A program made the position numbers and the translations under genes. From the NCBI GenBank assembly GCA_013239625.1, contig MU054187.1, positions 19,749,929-19,812,097 on the forward strand: a stretch of 62,169 nt of DNA. Direction: 5' to 3'. This document shows, one piece after another, positions 12,883-23,932 of this stretch. Origin of the DNA: Lama guanicoe (Eukaryota). The notes under the pieces are model-generated. The model had not been told where the DNA came from. It made no database searches and worked only from the letters and a program-made list of their open reading frames with translations. Positions within the stretch are counted from its first letter, which is position 1. The number at the start of each line of letters is the position of its first letter.

Positions 12883-13386
12883 TGTTACCGAGTCCATATT
12901 CGTTCTGCTTGCCATATGACAGGCAAATAAATCCGAAGATGATGTGTCGGAGCAAGGAATAAAGATTTTATTTGGAAAGCCAGCAGACCGAGAAGATGGC
13001 AGACTAATGTCCTGGAGAATCAACTTTCTCAAGTCAGAATTCAGGCTCCTTTTCTACGAAAAGGGAGCGGGGGTGTGGTTAATGTTGCAAACTTCTTGGT
13101 GTTGAAATCCTTTGTTCTTACGGCTGCCCTGATGTTCCTATAAACCTCCAAAAAGACAAATGTTATTCTCTGTTCTGCGACTTTTAATCTCTACATGAAT
13201 GGGAATGTGTTATCCCCTTAAAGGTCAGAGCCTTGAGAATGGGCTGTCCTGTCTATCTCAGGCTCTAGGCAACATTCTTTTACAAAAGATGCAGAACCAG
13301 GGTGACTGAGCCCAGGAGACAGAGCACAGGGTTAGAGCTAAAGGAACTGATCTAATATGGAGTCAGATTCATTCTGCCTTACAACA
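12883..13386 (-). mobile_element. Solo LTR, ERV1-class (504 bp)
   Basis: Termini TGTT...AACA, 4-bp TSD tagg (12879-12882, 13387-13390), - strand AATAAA at 12972-12967 and U5-like end ggactcggtaaca. Confidence 0.8.
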
Positions 13387-14481
13387 TAGGGGCAAAATGA
13401 GGATTAGTTATAACAGTGCAGACAACATTCATATTGTGCCTGCCTGGCCCTTAAGAAATCACAAGGAGTTTCTATTATCATCTTGTTCACAAATTCTCCA
13501 ACCAATGTGTAGGGCTTTAGGGTTTCAGAACTGGGTGCCAACAGTTCCCGCCCTCAAGTCTGGCTGGCACATCAAAAGACACTGCAGTGCGATATGATAA
13601 GCGTTCCAATGTTGCTTGGATGCCTGAGGCTGGCCTTTTGGACAACCTGTTGCCTGAGTTGAATCCTGAAGGCGCTGGTCTGAGGAGCTGGTGAGCAGTG
13701 GCTAAGTCAGGGAATGGTGAAAGGGTGTGCTGGGGTCTAGGATGGCTGGTACATTGGGGGTAAGACAGTGGGGAGAGATGAGGCTGCTGGGAGCTGAGTG
13801 ATGAAGGTCTCAAACATCCTGGCGTAGGGGTTTGGATTTATGCTGAAGGTATTGGAAAGTCAATGAAGGATTTTTAAGAGCTGATCAATTTGCATTTGAG
13901 AAAGTCCAGTTTAGCACAAAAATAGAGACTAGATGGGAGAGGGGCAACGTGAACAGAGGGAGACCCACCAAGAGGCTGCCGTGAACTGAGAGCTGGGCAC
14001 CGGGGTTTGGATGTGGAGGGAGGTCAAAAGGGACCGAAAAGGCATAGATATCCCCAGATTCCCGTCTGAGCGGCTCGGCAGGCAGTGGCTCTGTCTCCTA
14101 TGGTAGGGATCCCGGAGGCGGGGCTGGCTGGTTTCAGACATCAGAGCTGAGCTGTTGAGTGCCAGCTGATGATTTCCGGGCTGGCGTGGGAAAGATAATC
14201 TGTAGAAGTCAGAGTTTGGACCCTGCGAATTGCAGCTGTAGAGAGACGAGCGTGGCACAGCAGAGGACTGGCTAACACCCAGTTAGTGGAAATTGCAACT
14301 GAGGAAGGAGTGGGATCCGCAGAAAATCCAGGGGAGTTTCTAGCTTCTATATATTGACAATATGGGTAAATGTCCTATTTCCATCCAGCCAATAAGCCAC
14401 TTTCCATCTTTTACTTGAACAAAGCCATTTCTCTCTGAATATCAACTTCTCTCTCAAAAGGAAGATATGGAAAAGCAGAGA

Positions 14482-14705
14482 ATTTTTTTTCAATTTTAAT
14501 GAGTTGTAGTCAGTTTACAATGTTGTGTCAATTTCTGGTGTACAGCACAACTTTTCCGTCATACATGAACATACATATATTCATTTTCATATTCTTTTTC
14601 ACCATGAGCTACTACAAGATCTTGTATATATTTCCCTGTGCTATACAGTGTAAACTTGTTTATCTGTTCTATATATACCTGTCAGTATCTGCAAATCTCG
14701 AACTC
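14482..14705 (-). mobile_element. Young L1 3' end fragment
   Basis: Same 3' UTR family as 8870-9223 and 59561-59705 (gtcagtttacaatgttgtgtc...atttctggtgtac). Confidence 0.75.
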
Positions 14706-15351
14706 TAAAAGGGAGGAATTCTGTCTTTTCAAAATTAGGTGACAAAAAGCCGATACACCACTTTCAGAAAATTGGCTGAAGGCAAAAGGAGCTAGAGAAC
14801 AAGAAATGTTTTGATAAGGGAACAAAGAGAATGTGAAAAAATGAAAAATGAAAATTCAAGAAGTAGAATTATTAAAAACTTTTAGAAACAGGCACCTTTT
14901 CAATGGTGTGTAGCTGGCATCCTGAGTGAAAGGTAGAACACTCGAAATGCATACATTGAAAAGATCATGAAAAATTTTAAAATGGTGATAGTGAGCTTCT
15001 AGCATTTCAGATATGAACGTGGGTAAGGCAAGGGTCAAAGGTATGTTTCTGCCTTATGAAGGTAAAGGAAAGATTCACCGAAAATTCTACAGGAAATGAA
15101 ATACATCTCTGCTAGGCCATTTGAGATCTGGGTGGGATGAAGACACTCGTCCAGGTGGTACACCTTCTTAGATGAGATAGTCCCTCAAGATAAACCTCCT
15201 TGGGACACGTCTCCTTTAGGTCGGACAAACCCGTAAAACAGCAGTCAGACACGGAGACCGGGGGGTTTTTCCACCTCCAGCCTTTCCGGCGTCGCCCCTG
15301 GTGCCTTTCTCCTCCGCAGAACGCCACGTTATCAGGCGCTACCACCCAAGG

Positions 15352-15370
15352 TGGCCACTAGGCGGCACTC
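15352..15370 (+). promoter_or_regulatory. CTCF motif in an intergenic CpG-enriched patch
   Basis: TGGCCACTAGGCGGCACTC closely matches CCASYAGRKGGCRS. Confidence 0.65.
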
Positions 15371-17120
15371 CAAGCTCATCCTCATGGCGGAGACGAGCCG
15401 CCTGTTAAAACCTCTGTAGGCAGCTCCGTTTGTGGAAAATTGCTACCAGTTTGGATTTTATTAATTGAAACTTTAGAATTGACAAATGCTTCTTTATAAA
15501 CTAGGCAACAAGGCAGGCCATATGGTTTAACTGAGCCTGAAAGTAAGCCGTCTTTGGAATCCTTCTTTCTGCTGCATCTCACACTTGGGGGCACCTTGTG
15601 GACCAGTAGGGCGAGGCTGCCAGGGTCCCTGTCAAGGTGGTAGCGACGCCTAGGGTGGCCCTCTCTTTCCCAGGACAGATGGCCTGCGACTGTGATAACT
15701 GGAAGATGCCTTGGTTCACTGCTTCTCAAGGAATTTATAGGACCCAACAGCCTTGCTCAGCCATGTGCACAATATAGGTAACCTCTCTAACGAGCAGCTC
15801 AGAGGAGCAAAGCTTTGACTGCTCACTGGCAGAGAGGAAGCAAGACTGCGTGAGTGACTGAGACAGCTCGACCTTCCAGTTAATTCGGAGGAACAGTTCT
15901 CCTTACCTGTGAGGTTTCAGGCGTTGGAACGGGCAGCAATTGCCCGAGACTTCAAGCAGGTGGGTAGGGTGCATGCAGCCAGGCTCAGTCCCTGTTTGTT
16001 GGTATGAAAATGTGACTCATGACCCTCCTTCACCAATCTCCTTTGTCAACCTAAGGCTAAGAGGTAGAACTGGAACCCGGAATTAGGGACAAATCTGAGA
16101 ACTCTCCATCCAGAGGCTGTGGAAAAGTTATTGCACAGATAATGGCTATGATCCATTGTCCATAAAGATATGGGTATAACTGAACACAGGAGAGATTTGT
16201 ATGAAATCAAGCAGCACTGGAGTGGGGCCAAACAGACTTGTTTCTCATGATGCTGCACCCCTCAGTCACTGCGTTCATGTAATCTTTCTGGTTTGAGGTT
16301 TCATCTGTAAGATGAGGGGTTTGGAGCAGAAGACTTGACAGACTCCTTGCCGCGTAAACATTCTAGGATTCGAATCTAGCGAAGTGGAGTCTGTCTGCAA
16401 ACGTCCACCCCACCACCGCGGCAGGAGAGCTTTCCAAATCACAGTTGCTTCTGGGGGAATGGCAGATTTGTTACCTACGGGATTTCTGCCAGTGGATCCG
16501 TTTAAACCAGCTAATTTCAAAAGTACTTCTAATTATAATAGACCCTTTGAGTCCATATTACTTGCGAGTCATTTATAAAGTATTAATAGGCTGGGGGCTA
16601 AGAGATCCAAAGATCTGGTTTTTCAGTGCTGCTTCTGAGAATGGTCACAATCCATTCATATGCAACAAACACGTTTAGAGCCCCTGGCATGTATATGCCA
16701 GCGCTAAGACATCAGCAGTGAAGGGCTGCTTGCAGTCTACGTGGTGGATGGACTTAAATGAGGACAACCAGAGGAGTGTAAAAGGTGCTGTGGGTCCAAC
16801 CGCCTGCACATCCCAGTGGGAATGTGCCACGCAGAGCTGGAAGAGAGCATGCCTGGGGCTCAGGGCTCGCTGTGGGGGCTGGAGATGTAGCTGAGAGCAG
16901 TGTCTGAAGTGTTTCTGAGACAGTTCTGTAGATAGAATCCATTGCCAGCAGAGGCTGTGTTTTTGTTGCCATCGTTTTCCCAGAAACTCCAGGGACATGA
17001 ACAGGGATCTTGCATTGGCTTAATTTAAGGAAAGTCTTATTTCCGTATCTCCAAATACAATGTCCTTAAAGAATGTCTCTTCCCACCTCAGCAGAAGCTT
17101 GTGGAAAAAGAACAGAATAA

Positions 17121-17260
17121 GGGGGAGGGTATAGCTCAGTGGTAGAGTGCCTGCTTAGCATGCATGAGGTCCTGGGGTCTATCCCCAGTACCTCCATTAA
17201 AAATAAATAAACCTAATTACTTCCCCCTCCAAAATAAAAGAAATAAAAAATAAAAACATA
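17121..17260 (+). mobile_element. tRNA-derived SINE (Vic-1-like)
   Basis: GGGGGAGGGTATAGCTCAGTGGTAGAG...CCCCAGTACCTCC, A-rich tail, degenerate TSD aaaaagaa...ataa. Confidence 0.88.
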
Positions 17261-18398
17261 AAAAAGAATGGGATAAAATTACTCAAATAGTATTTACTTT
17301 CAAACATTTCGATGTGAAAAAAAATCCCTATGTAACTGAATGAGGAACCAACCAAGGCACAAGGCATATTCTCTGTTTAGTCACAAAAACCATTCTGTAC
17401 CTTGAAAATAAATTGACGAAGTGACTTCCGTATCAGCTTTGTATGCCTTGACAGTGCACTAAATCAATATTATTCCTCTGACACATTTGAAATGTGGGAC
17501 TGAGCCAAAAGAAAAATGCTTCCAAGGATAAGATTTTGGGAATCTGGTATTGGACAACAAATAGATCAACTTCCTCAATTTCCCTACTTCTTTGTGTCCT
17601 TACATAATATGCCTGTTTGCTTTATGCATTTACACTGGACATTTCATTTTAACTTTCAGTGTTTATGGAGCAATTTGTAAGCATCACTAATAAAATGACT
17701 TATTAGTAAGACTAGAGATGCAGGGAGCTGAGATTTCCCTAAGTGTGGGCTTTATTCTATTGAGAGACAAGTAGAGATAAGATTGTGTGTAAAGGTTTTT
17801 GGGGTGGGGAAGTATTTAGAACATTCAACGAACTGAAAAAGGCTAGTGTGACTAGTAAGTAAGAAGAGGAGCGATGGTGGCAGTGAAGAGGTGAGCTCCA
17901 CTCCACTTGGGTGCATTAAACATGTATTTCCATGAAGTTGATTCGGAGAGCCCACCATCACCAAGTACAACTATAAAAGGTAGGAATATGGATAGTTCAG
18001 CATTGCAGGCAGCCTTCTTTTCTCCTTTTAAGTCTCCAGACAGAGACTGGGTTGTGACCTTTTTATAACACAGCATGGTGGGCGCTGGGTGAGGCAGGAA
18101 TGCCTGACGAGCACACAGTTTTCCATGAGCACAAAAACCCTCATGCTACCCCGCTTAGCACCTGCGCAAACCCATGCAGTCCTGGGGCGATGGTGCTATT
18201 TCCAGGCCACGGGAGATGCCAGGTCCACAGCTGAGCACTTGACACACCGTTTCATGTGTACTCCTTTCAACAAATCAAATTGGTGAACACTGTTATTTTC
18301 TCCATTTTAAATGTGCACTGAGGCTCAGAGAGATAGAGTAATTCGCTTCACTTGGTAAGAAGCGGACTCAAAACTCAAACTTAGGTCTGTTCAATTTT

Positions 18399-18572
18399 TA
18401 AAAAAAAATTATATTGAAGTGTAGTTGATTTACAGTGTTAGTTTCAGGTGTACAGCAGAGTGATTCAGTTATACATATACATACATACATATTTTTTTTC
18501 TTTTCAGATTCTTTTCTGTTATATGTTATTATAAGAAATTGAATATAGTTCCTGTCCTATAGCAGGTCCTTG
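18399..18572 (-). mobile_element. L1 3' end fragment inserted in a MIR
   Basis: Perfect 17-bp TSD taggtctgttcaatttt at 18382-18398 and 18573-18589. Confidence 0.82.
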
Positions 18573-19100
18573 TAGGTCTGTTCAATTTTAAAATATATTC
18601 TTAACTAGAACTGCATTATGAAGTAAGTGACCGTGGAAGGTTCTGGGGCTCCAAGAACTGGAGAAAATTTGGAAATAGTTTGTAGCCATGAAATGTTCAG
18701 AAAAGCAAACCCAACATGTTTTAAAAAAAATAATTTGAGGAAGACATTGAAAATATATCCACGTAAGCTATAGCAACCTTTATAGAGGAGTTCATGTATT
18801 ACCTAGCTCAAAAATGAAAGACATTTTTAAATGTATTTATGTCTTTCAGCACATACAGTAAAAGTCCTTGAACATACATTTGTCCACGTTATTATAAAAC
18901 AGTTTCTCCAAGACCCTGCTAAATAAATTGTTGACTGGGAATCTGAAGGGTGGGGGTCTGACAGTGAATTCTCAACCTCTCAAACACTCAAACTCTGAGT
19001 GTTTGCCTGCTTTTGTCTGGCCCACCATCATCCTCCATTTTCTTCTGGTCATCTTTCTTTCCCGTCCGAGGCATGAGCCCAAATGCTGGTGTAGGAGGGG

Positions 19101-19136
19101 GCACTGGTGGTTCAGTGGTAGAATTCTCACCTCCCA
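19101..19136 (+). pseudogene. Tailless retrocopy of the 5' half of tRNA-Gly(CCC)
   Basis: GCACTGGTGGTTCAGTGGTAGAATTCTCACCTCCCA matches the mammalian tRNA-Gly 5' half through the anticodon (2 differences from recalled sequence); direct repeat cccaaatgctggtgta at 19078-19093 and 19133-19148. Confidence 0.85.
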
Positions 19137-21419
19137 AATGCTGGTGTAACTCTTGCTTCTTTTATCACACAGACTTTAATTAGTTCAACTGGAGGCAAAC
19201 TCTCACTTCTTCCTCTGTCTTCTAATTCCTGTCCGTTTATCACAGGAAAATCATCAATCTATTTGAAGCAAAAACACAGCTCTTATTTTGATTAATGAGC
19301 ATAAAATTAGAGCTGGTGATTGATAGTCCTTTGCCAAACGTGAATGCACGAAGACACTAAAAAATAGAATTAATTGTCAGGGAACTGTGCCACCGCCAGG
19401 AATTCCCTTACATGGCAGTAGGCTGTCTAGGGAGGGTCTACATGGCTCTACTCCAGCCTAGTGTACAGAGGCAGGGAGGGAGCCAGTGGTTTCTTGCTCC
19501 CATGACCTGGTACCATTATTGCCCCACGTATCCTGCATGAACCACCCAACTGGAGGTTGGGCTCCGTGAGGGACTGAGGAGAATTTGGAGAGCTATCTTG
19601 TATCCTTACGGCAAATTTTGTGCACTGTTCGTTGGCCTATTTAGTTGAGATGGTCAGAGCTATCATTTTTTTAGCAGACAACCAATCTGTATCCTCTCTT
19701 TGTGTTTGGCCAGGCTCACTTTGAAATCTCACGTCTGAGTCTTTACATCTCTTACCTTTCATCTCTAATGAAACTGCTTCTAGCAATCCCTGTCTGTCCA
19801 CATAAATATTTGTTATTAAATTATTCTCAATTGCCAGGTCAAAACCATTTTGTCCCATTGCAAACATTAAACAGATTTCTGGTATCTTAGAGGCTGAAAA
19901 GGCATTTTAAACTTAGTTTAGTAAACCATTGTTTACCGATGTGTCACCTGGAAATGTGGTTAGAGGAACTACCACTTGTAAACCAGATAGAGACTACTCA
20001 AGCCCTCGAAACTTGAAACATAGGGTAAATGACGGAATAACGTAGTTGGTGAATAAATGACATTTGGTCTGTCCACCAAGATCAGTTTAATGAAGGATTT
20101 CCATTGTGTTTTAGGCATACAGGCACACTCCTGAATGGGTGACGATGATGGTATTCAGTGTGGGGACGGGATGTCAGAGTCTGTTCACTCACTGGTGTCT
20201 ACATTGCGATAGACTGGGGTTGGGATTTTCACACTTCCTCTAGGGCACAGCAATGCTGTCGTGTGGATGGCAATATCTTCCCTTTACAGGAGACAGGTTG
20301 AAGAATTTGCCATGAGTCAAACAGACAGTAGATGGTGGGGCAATACACTGTTAGTTATTATTGGAGGTAATTTTTAAAAATTACAAAATAATACATGCTT
20401 ATTGTAGAAATGTGAGAGAATACAGATTCATGAAAAGAAGGAAATCAAATTTCTTCATCATTTGATTAATCAAGTAGATAACCACGGCTGTGATTTTACT
20501 ATTTTAAATCTCTCTGTATACCAATGCATAAATGTATATATCTTTTTCCTTATAAAAAAGTGAGATCATACTATCTTGAAATCTGCTTCTTTCTTGGTGG
20601 TCTATCATGAACATCTTTTTAAAATTTTTTAATTTCTTTTGTTTTTTTTTTCTTCTCTTTATTCTTATCGTGAATATTTAAAAATCTTCTGCAATATCAC
20701 TTTTTGGATACAAAAGCGTACACTTTTTATCTATCATAACATATTTAATACATCCCCTTAACACTGGAAACTTTGGTTGAAGAGTCTGTGATAAACATGA
20801 TGCATATCCTTTAAGCAAAATCTTTAAACATAACATATATTCCCTTGGTTCACGCTCCTAGGAGTGTAATTGCTAAGTTGAAGGCTATAAACACTATGAA
20901 TAGTTTTACTGTATGTAGCCAGATCAGCTCCAGAAATAATATTCTTCAGCCAGTTCACACTCCCACCAGCAATGCACAGACTTCATTTCTCCAAACTCTA
21001 GTAAAAATACTATTAAATGTATATACATATGGTAACTATATTTCATTACCAGTGAGGTCAATGTATATTTGAATTTCTTCTTTTTCTTAAACTTTGTTAT
21101 AGATACTAAGTATTCAAATGAGCCCAAAATAAGGTAAAACTTTGTGATATTGTGCTGTTATTGTATCTCTTCTGAAGGAAGAAGAAAAACATGATCTTCT
21201 CTGATAACAAATTACTTATGGAATTAAAAACAAATTAATGGGATGAGGCACCTGGGCCCATTAGGCAAATTTCCATGATGCTTGTCACCATGGTACCCAG
21301 GGAGTCGTGCATTTCTGGTCTTCGTTTTAGTACCGCTAACATACGAATCCCTGGGAGTACCAATGGGCGAGGTACCAATGGCTAGGGATATGGAGAATAA
21401 TGAATTCTAACTAATCTCA

Positions 21420-22360
21420 CTTGAGTTCTACAGGGCAGACCTCTCCCCTGAATTTGGGGTGATTGTATCCAGCTGTCTGTTGGAGAGTTCCACTTGGATT
21501 ACCTCTGGTATTTCAAACTCAGCCTGTCCCAAACTGAATCTACCCCCTGCCTCCCAAAACCTTCTCCTCCCTGCATCACTCTCTTCCTCACTTAGCAGCA
21601 CAACAGTCCATCCAGACAGTATCCATCCCCAACACTTAATCAAATACCTGTTTTCTCTAATATTCCCCTAACTCAGGTCTTTATAATCTTAATTATTCAA
21701 TAAATATTTTTGAGCTCTTACTATGTGCTGTATCTTCTTTCTAAGCTTGGTGGTGAGGTGTCACCAAGGGAGACCAGGATTAGAGGAAAATAGAAAAAGC
21801 CTTGGCTTTGGGGGAAGGCACCGAGGAGGTGGGCAGGTGAAACAGACAATAAGAAAGTAATAAGGAATATGAAATTGAGGGGACTGAGGACTGTTTAGGT
21901 TGCCTGCAGAGGGAACATGTAAACTTAGACTTGGAGAAGAGCCAGCCAGTGAGGCTTCTGGAGATAGCATTCCAGACTAGGGCCTATGGCAAGGTTAGAG
22001 GGCAGAAAACCTCAATAGACTCAAGGAACATTTAAGGTGGCCATTTGGGCCGACATGAGGGAGAGGAGCTGGCAGAGTGAAATCACGTTTGGAGGTCAAA
22101 TGAAGAAGTATGAATGTTATAATATTAAACGTGATGGGGGAAATGAACGGTTTTAAGCAGAAAGAAAACAGGATGAGATTTGTTTTTCAGAAAGAACACT
22201 ACGTCTACTGTGGGAGACTGGATTACGGCGGGGCAACGGTGGAAGCAGGGACACCAGCTGACAGACAATCGCAGGAGTTCATCTGAGATGTTATTGTGAT
22301 TTGCGCCAGGGTGATGGCAGTGGAGAGGAAGGGAACTGGATACAGTCAAGGCATAAATTA
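21420..22360. mobile_element. L2 fragments in both orientations
   Basis: ctctcccctgaa...tccacttggat...caaactcagcctgtccc; gttttaagcag...gagatttgtttt L2 motifs. Confidence 0.55.
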
Positions 22361-22974
22361 TGCCATCCCCTCGCCACACCCTAGCTCAGAGCACATAATC
22401 GACCTGCCAAAGTTTGCCATCTTCTCTGTTCCAATTCGCACTCACCGACACCGCGGCATCCTGGATGCTCAGGGCTGCTCGGCTCCTTCTTGGAACACCT
22501 GCGTGCTCCTGCTCCCTCCCAAGAGGGCTGTGTTTTGTTTCCAAATTTGTGTATATCAGCTGTACTTGAAATTAACTTTAAATAGGTTTATTAATAGTAT
22601 CTGGACAAATGAAATATGAGAACAAATGATCATTCCTAGGCAAAACTAGGTCAGATGGTACTTGGTAAAAATATAGGCAAGATAGCAACACAGGACTGAA
22701 AAAAAAAGCAGTAAAAATTGTGCTTCCTGTCACAGATTCCTTCACGTGTCTCATGCCTTCATCCTACAGAAACCAAAGCGAGGGTTCAGAAAATGCATCA
22801 GAGGTACGGCTTAGCAAGAGAGAGAACCAAACTACCATTAGTGAAACCACACCAAAGCCTTGAATTCCTATAGAACATTGGTGAACGTACACTTCCGTGC
22901 ATTAAGTTAAAATAATAAAATGTTTAAGGTGTGTATTGTGGTGTGTGTCCCTCTCTGATCTATCACATCAGGTA

Positions 22975-23088
22975 GGCGGAAGGATATATACAGCGTGCAT
23001 CAAGTCCTCGGTTCAATCCCCAGAACCTCCTCTAAAAATGAATAAATAAGCCTAATTACCACCCCCTCTCCCCAAAAAACCCCCCTAT
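22975..23088 (+). mobile_element. Internally deleted Vic-1-like SINE (A-box missing)
   Basis: B-box ggttcaatcccc and cctaattacc tail present; 14-bp TSD tatcacatcaggta at 22961-22974 and 23089-23102. Confidence 0.8.
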
Positions 23089-23548
23089 TATCACATCAGG
23101 TAAGTGGGCTTCTGCATCTTGTAGTTATAACTTAATGGGCTGGATGAGGGAAGAAGAATTAGGGATAAAGTTATTTGTCACTTGCATAGCCGGGAGCTGA
23201 CTCTTCAGCTGGCTGCGCCCTTCTCTTCCACGTTAAGCAGCAGCTGAAGAGCTAGACTTTGGCTTTTCAATCTTTGCCCCTCTTTCTGGTCCTCTCCTTC
23301 CCATTAATTCATCACAGATATGTCTATTACCACATTCACCTCCATGCCTCCCAGTGATATAAAAAATCTTATCACTCTGAACTCCTTCTTGAAGGGGTCA
23401 TGTGCTTCTCAGTACTTTTTCCAACCCAGAGTGGACACATGGTAGATACTCAGTGCTTGTTGAATGAACAAATGAAAGAATAGGCTATTTTTATCTTGTG
23501 AACTGAGAAATATCTTTGCAAACATTTAATAACATCACATTCATTCTA

Positions 23549-23932
23549 TATGGTTGTAGACTGAATGTGTTCCCCTTGAATTCGTATGTTGAAGCCTTAA
23601 CTCCCGAATGTGGATGTATTTTGAAACGGAATCTGTAAGGAAGTAATTAAGGTTAAACGAGGTCATAAGGGTGGGGCCCTGATGCACCAGGACTAATGTC
23701 CTTATGAGACACCAGAGAGCTTGCCCTCCACACAGACATGCACTGAGGAGAGGCCACGTGAACACAGTGAGAAGGCAGCTGTCCGCAATCCTGGGCAAGT
23801 CTTCACCAGACAACAACCCTGTTGGTACCTTGATCTTGGCATCCAGCCTCCAGAATTGTGAGAAAATAAAATTGTCATTTAAATCATCCAGTCTGTGGTA
23901 TTTTGTTATAGCAGCGTGACTGGACTAATACC
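23549..23932 (+). mobile_element. MaLR LTR (MLT1-type)
   Basis: gactgaatgtgttcccc...tatgttgaagccttaac...cagcctccagaattgtgagaaaataaa...ttttgttatagcagc. Confidence 0.8.

Noticed and set aside
15112..15747. 77-aa and 121-aa minus-strand ORFs in the intergenic GC-rich patch
   Set aside because: Non-ATG starts, no recognisable homology or exon structure; better explained as regulatory DNA.
17121..17196. tRNA-Ala-like sequence with A and B boxes
   Set aside because: It has an AT-rich tail, a TSD and several dispersed copies, so it is a SINE head and not a tRNA gene.
22530..22940. Faint pogo/Tigger-like fossil
   Set aside because: Resemblance too weak to set a family or boundaries by eye.
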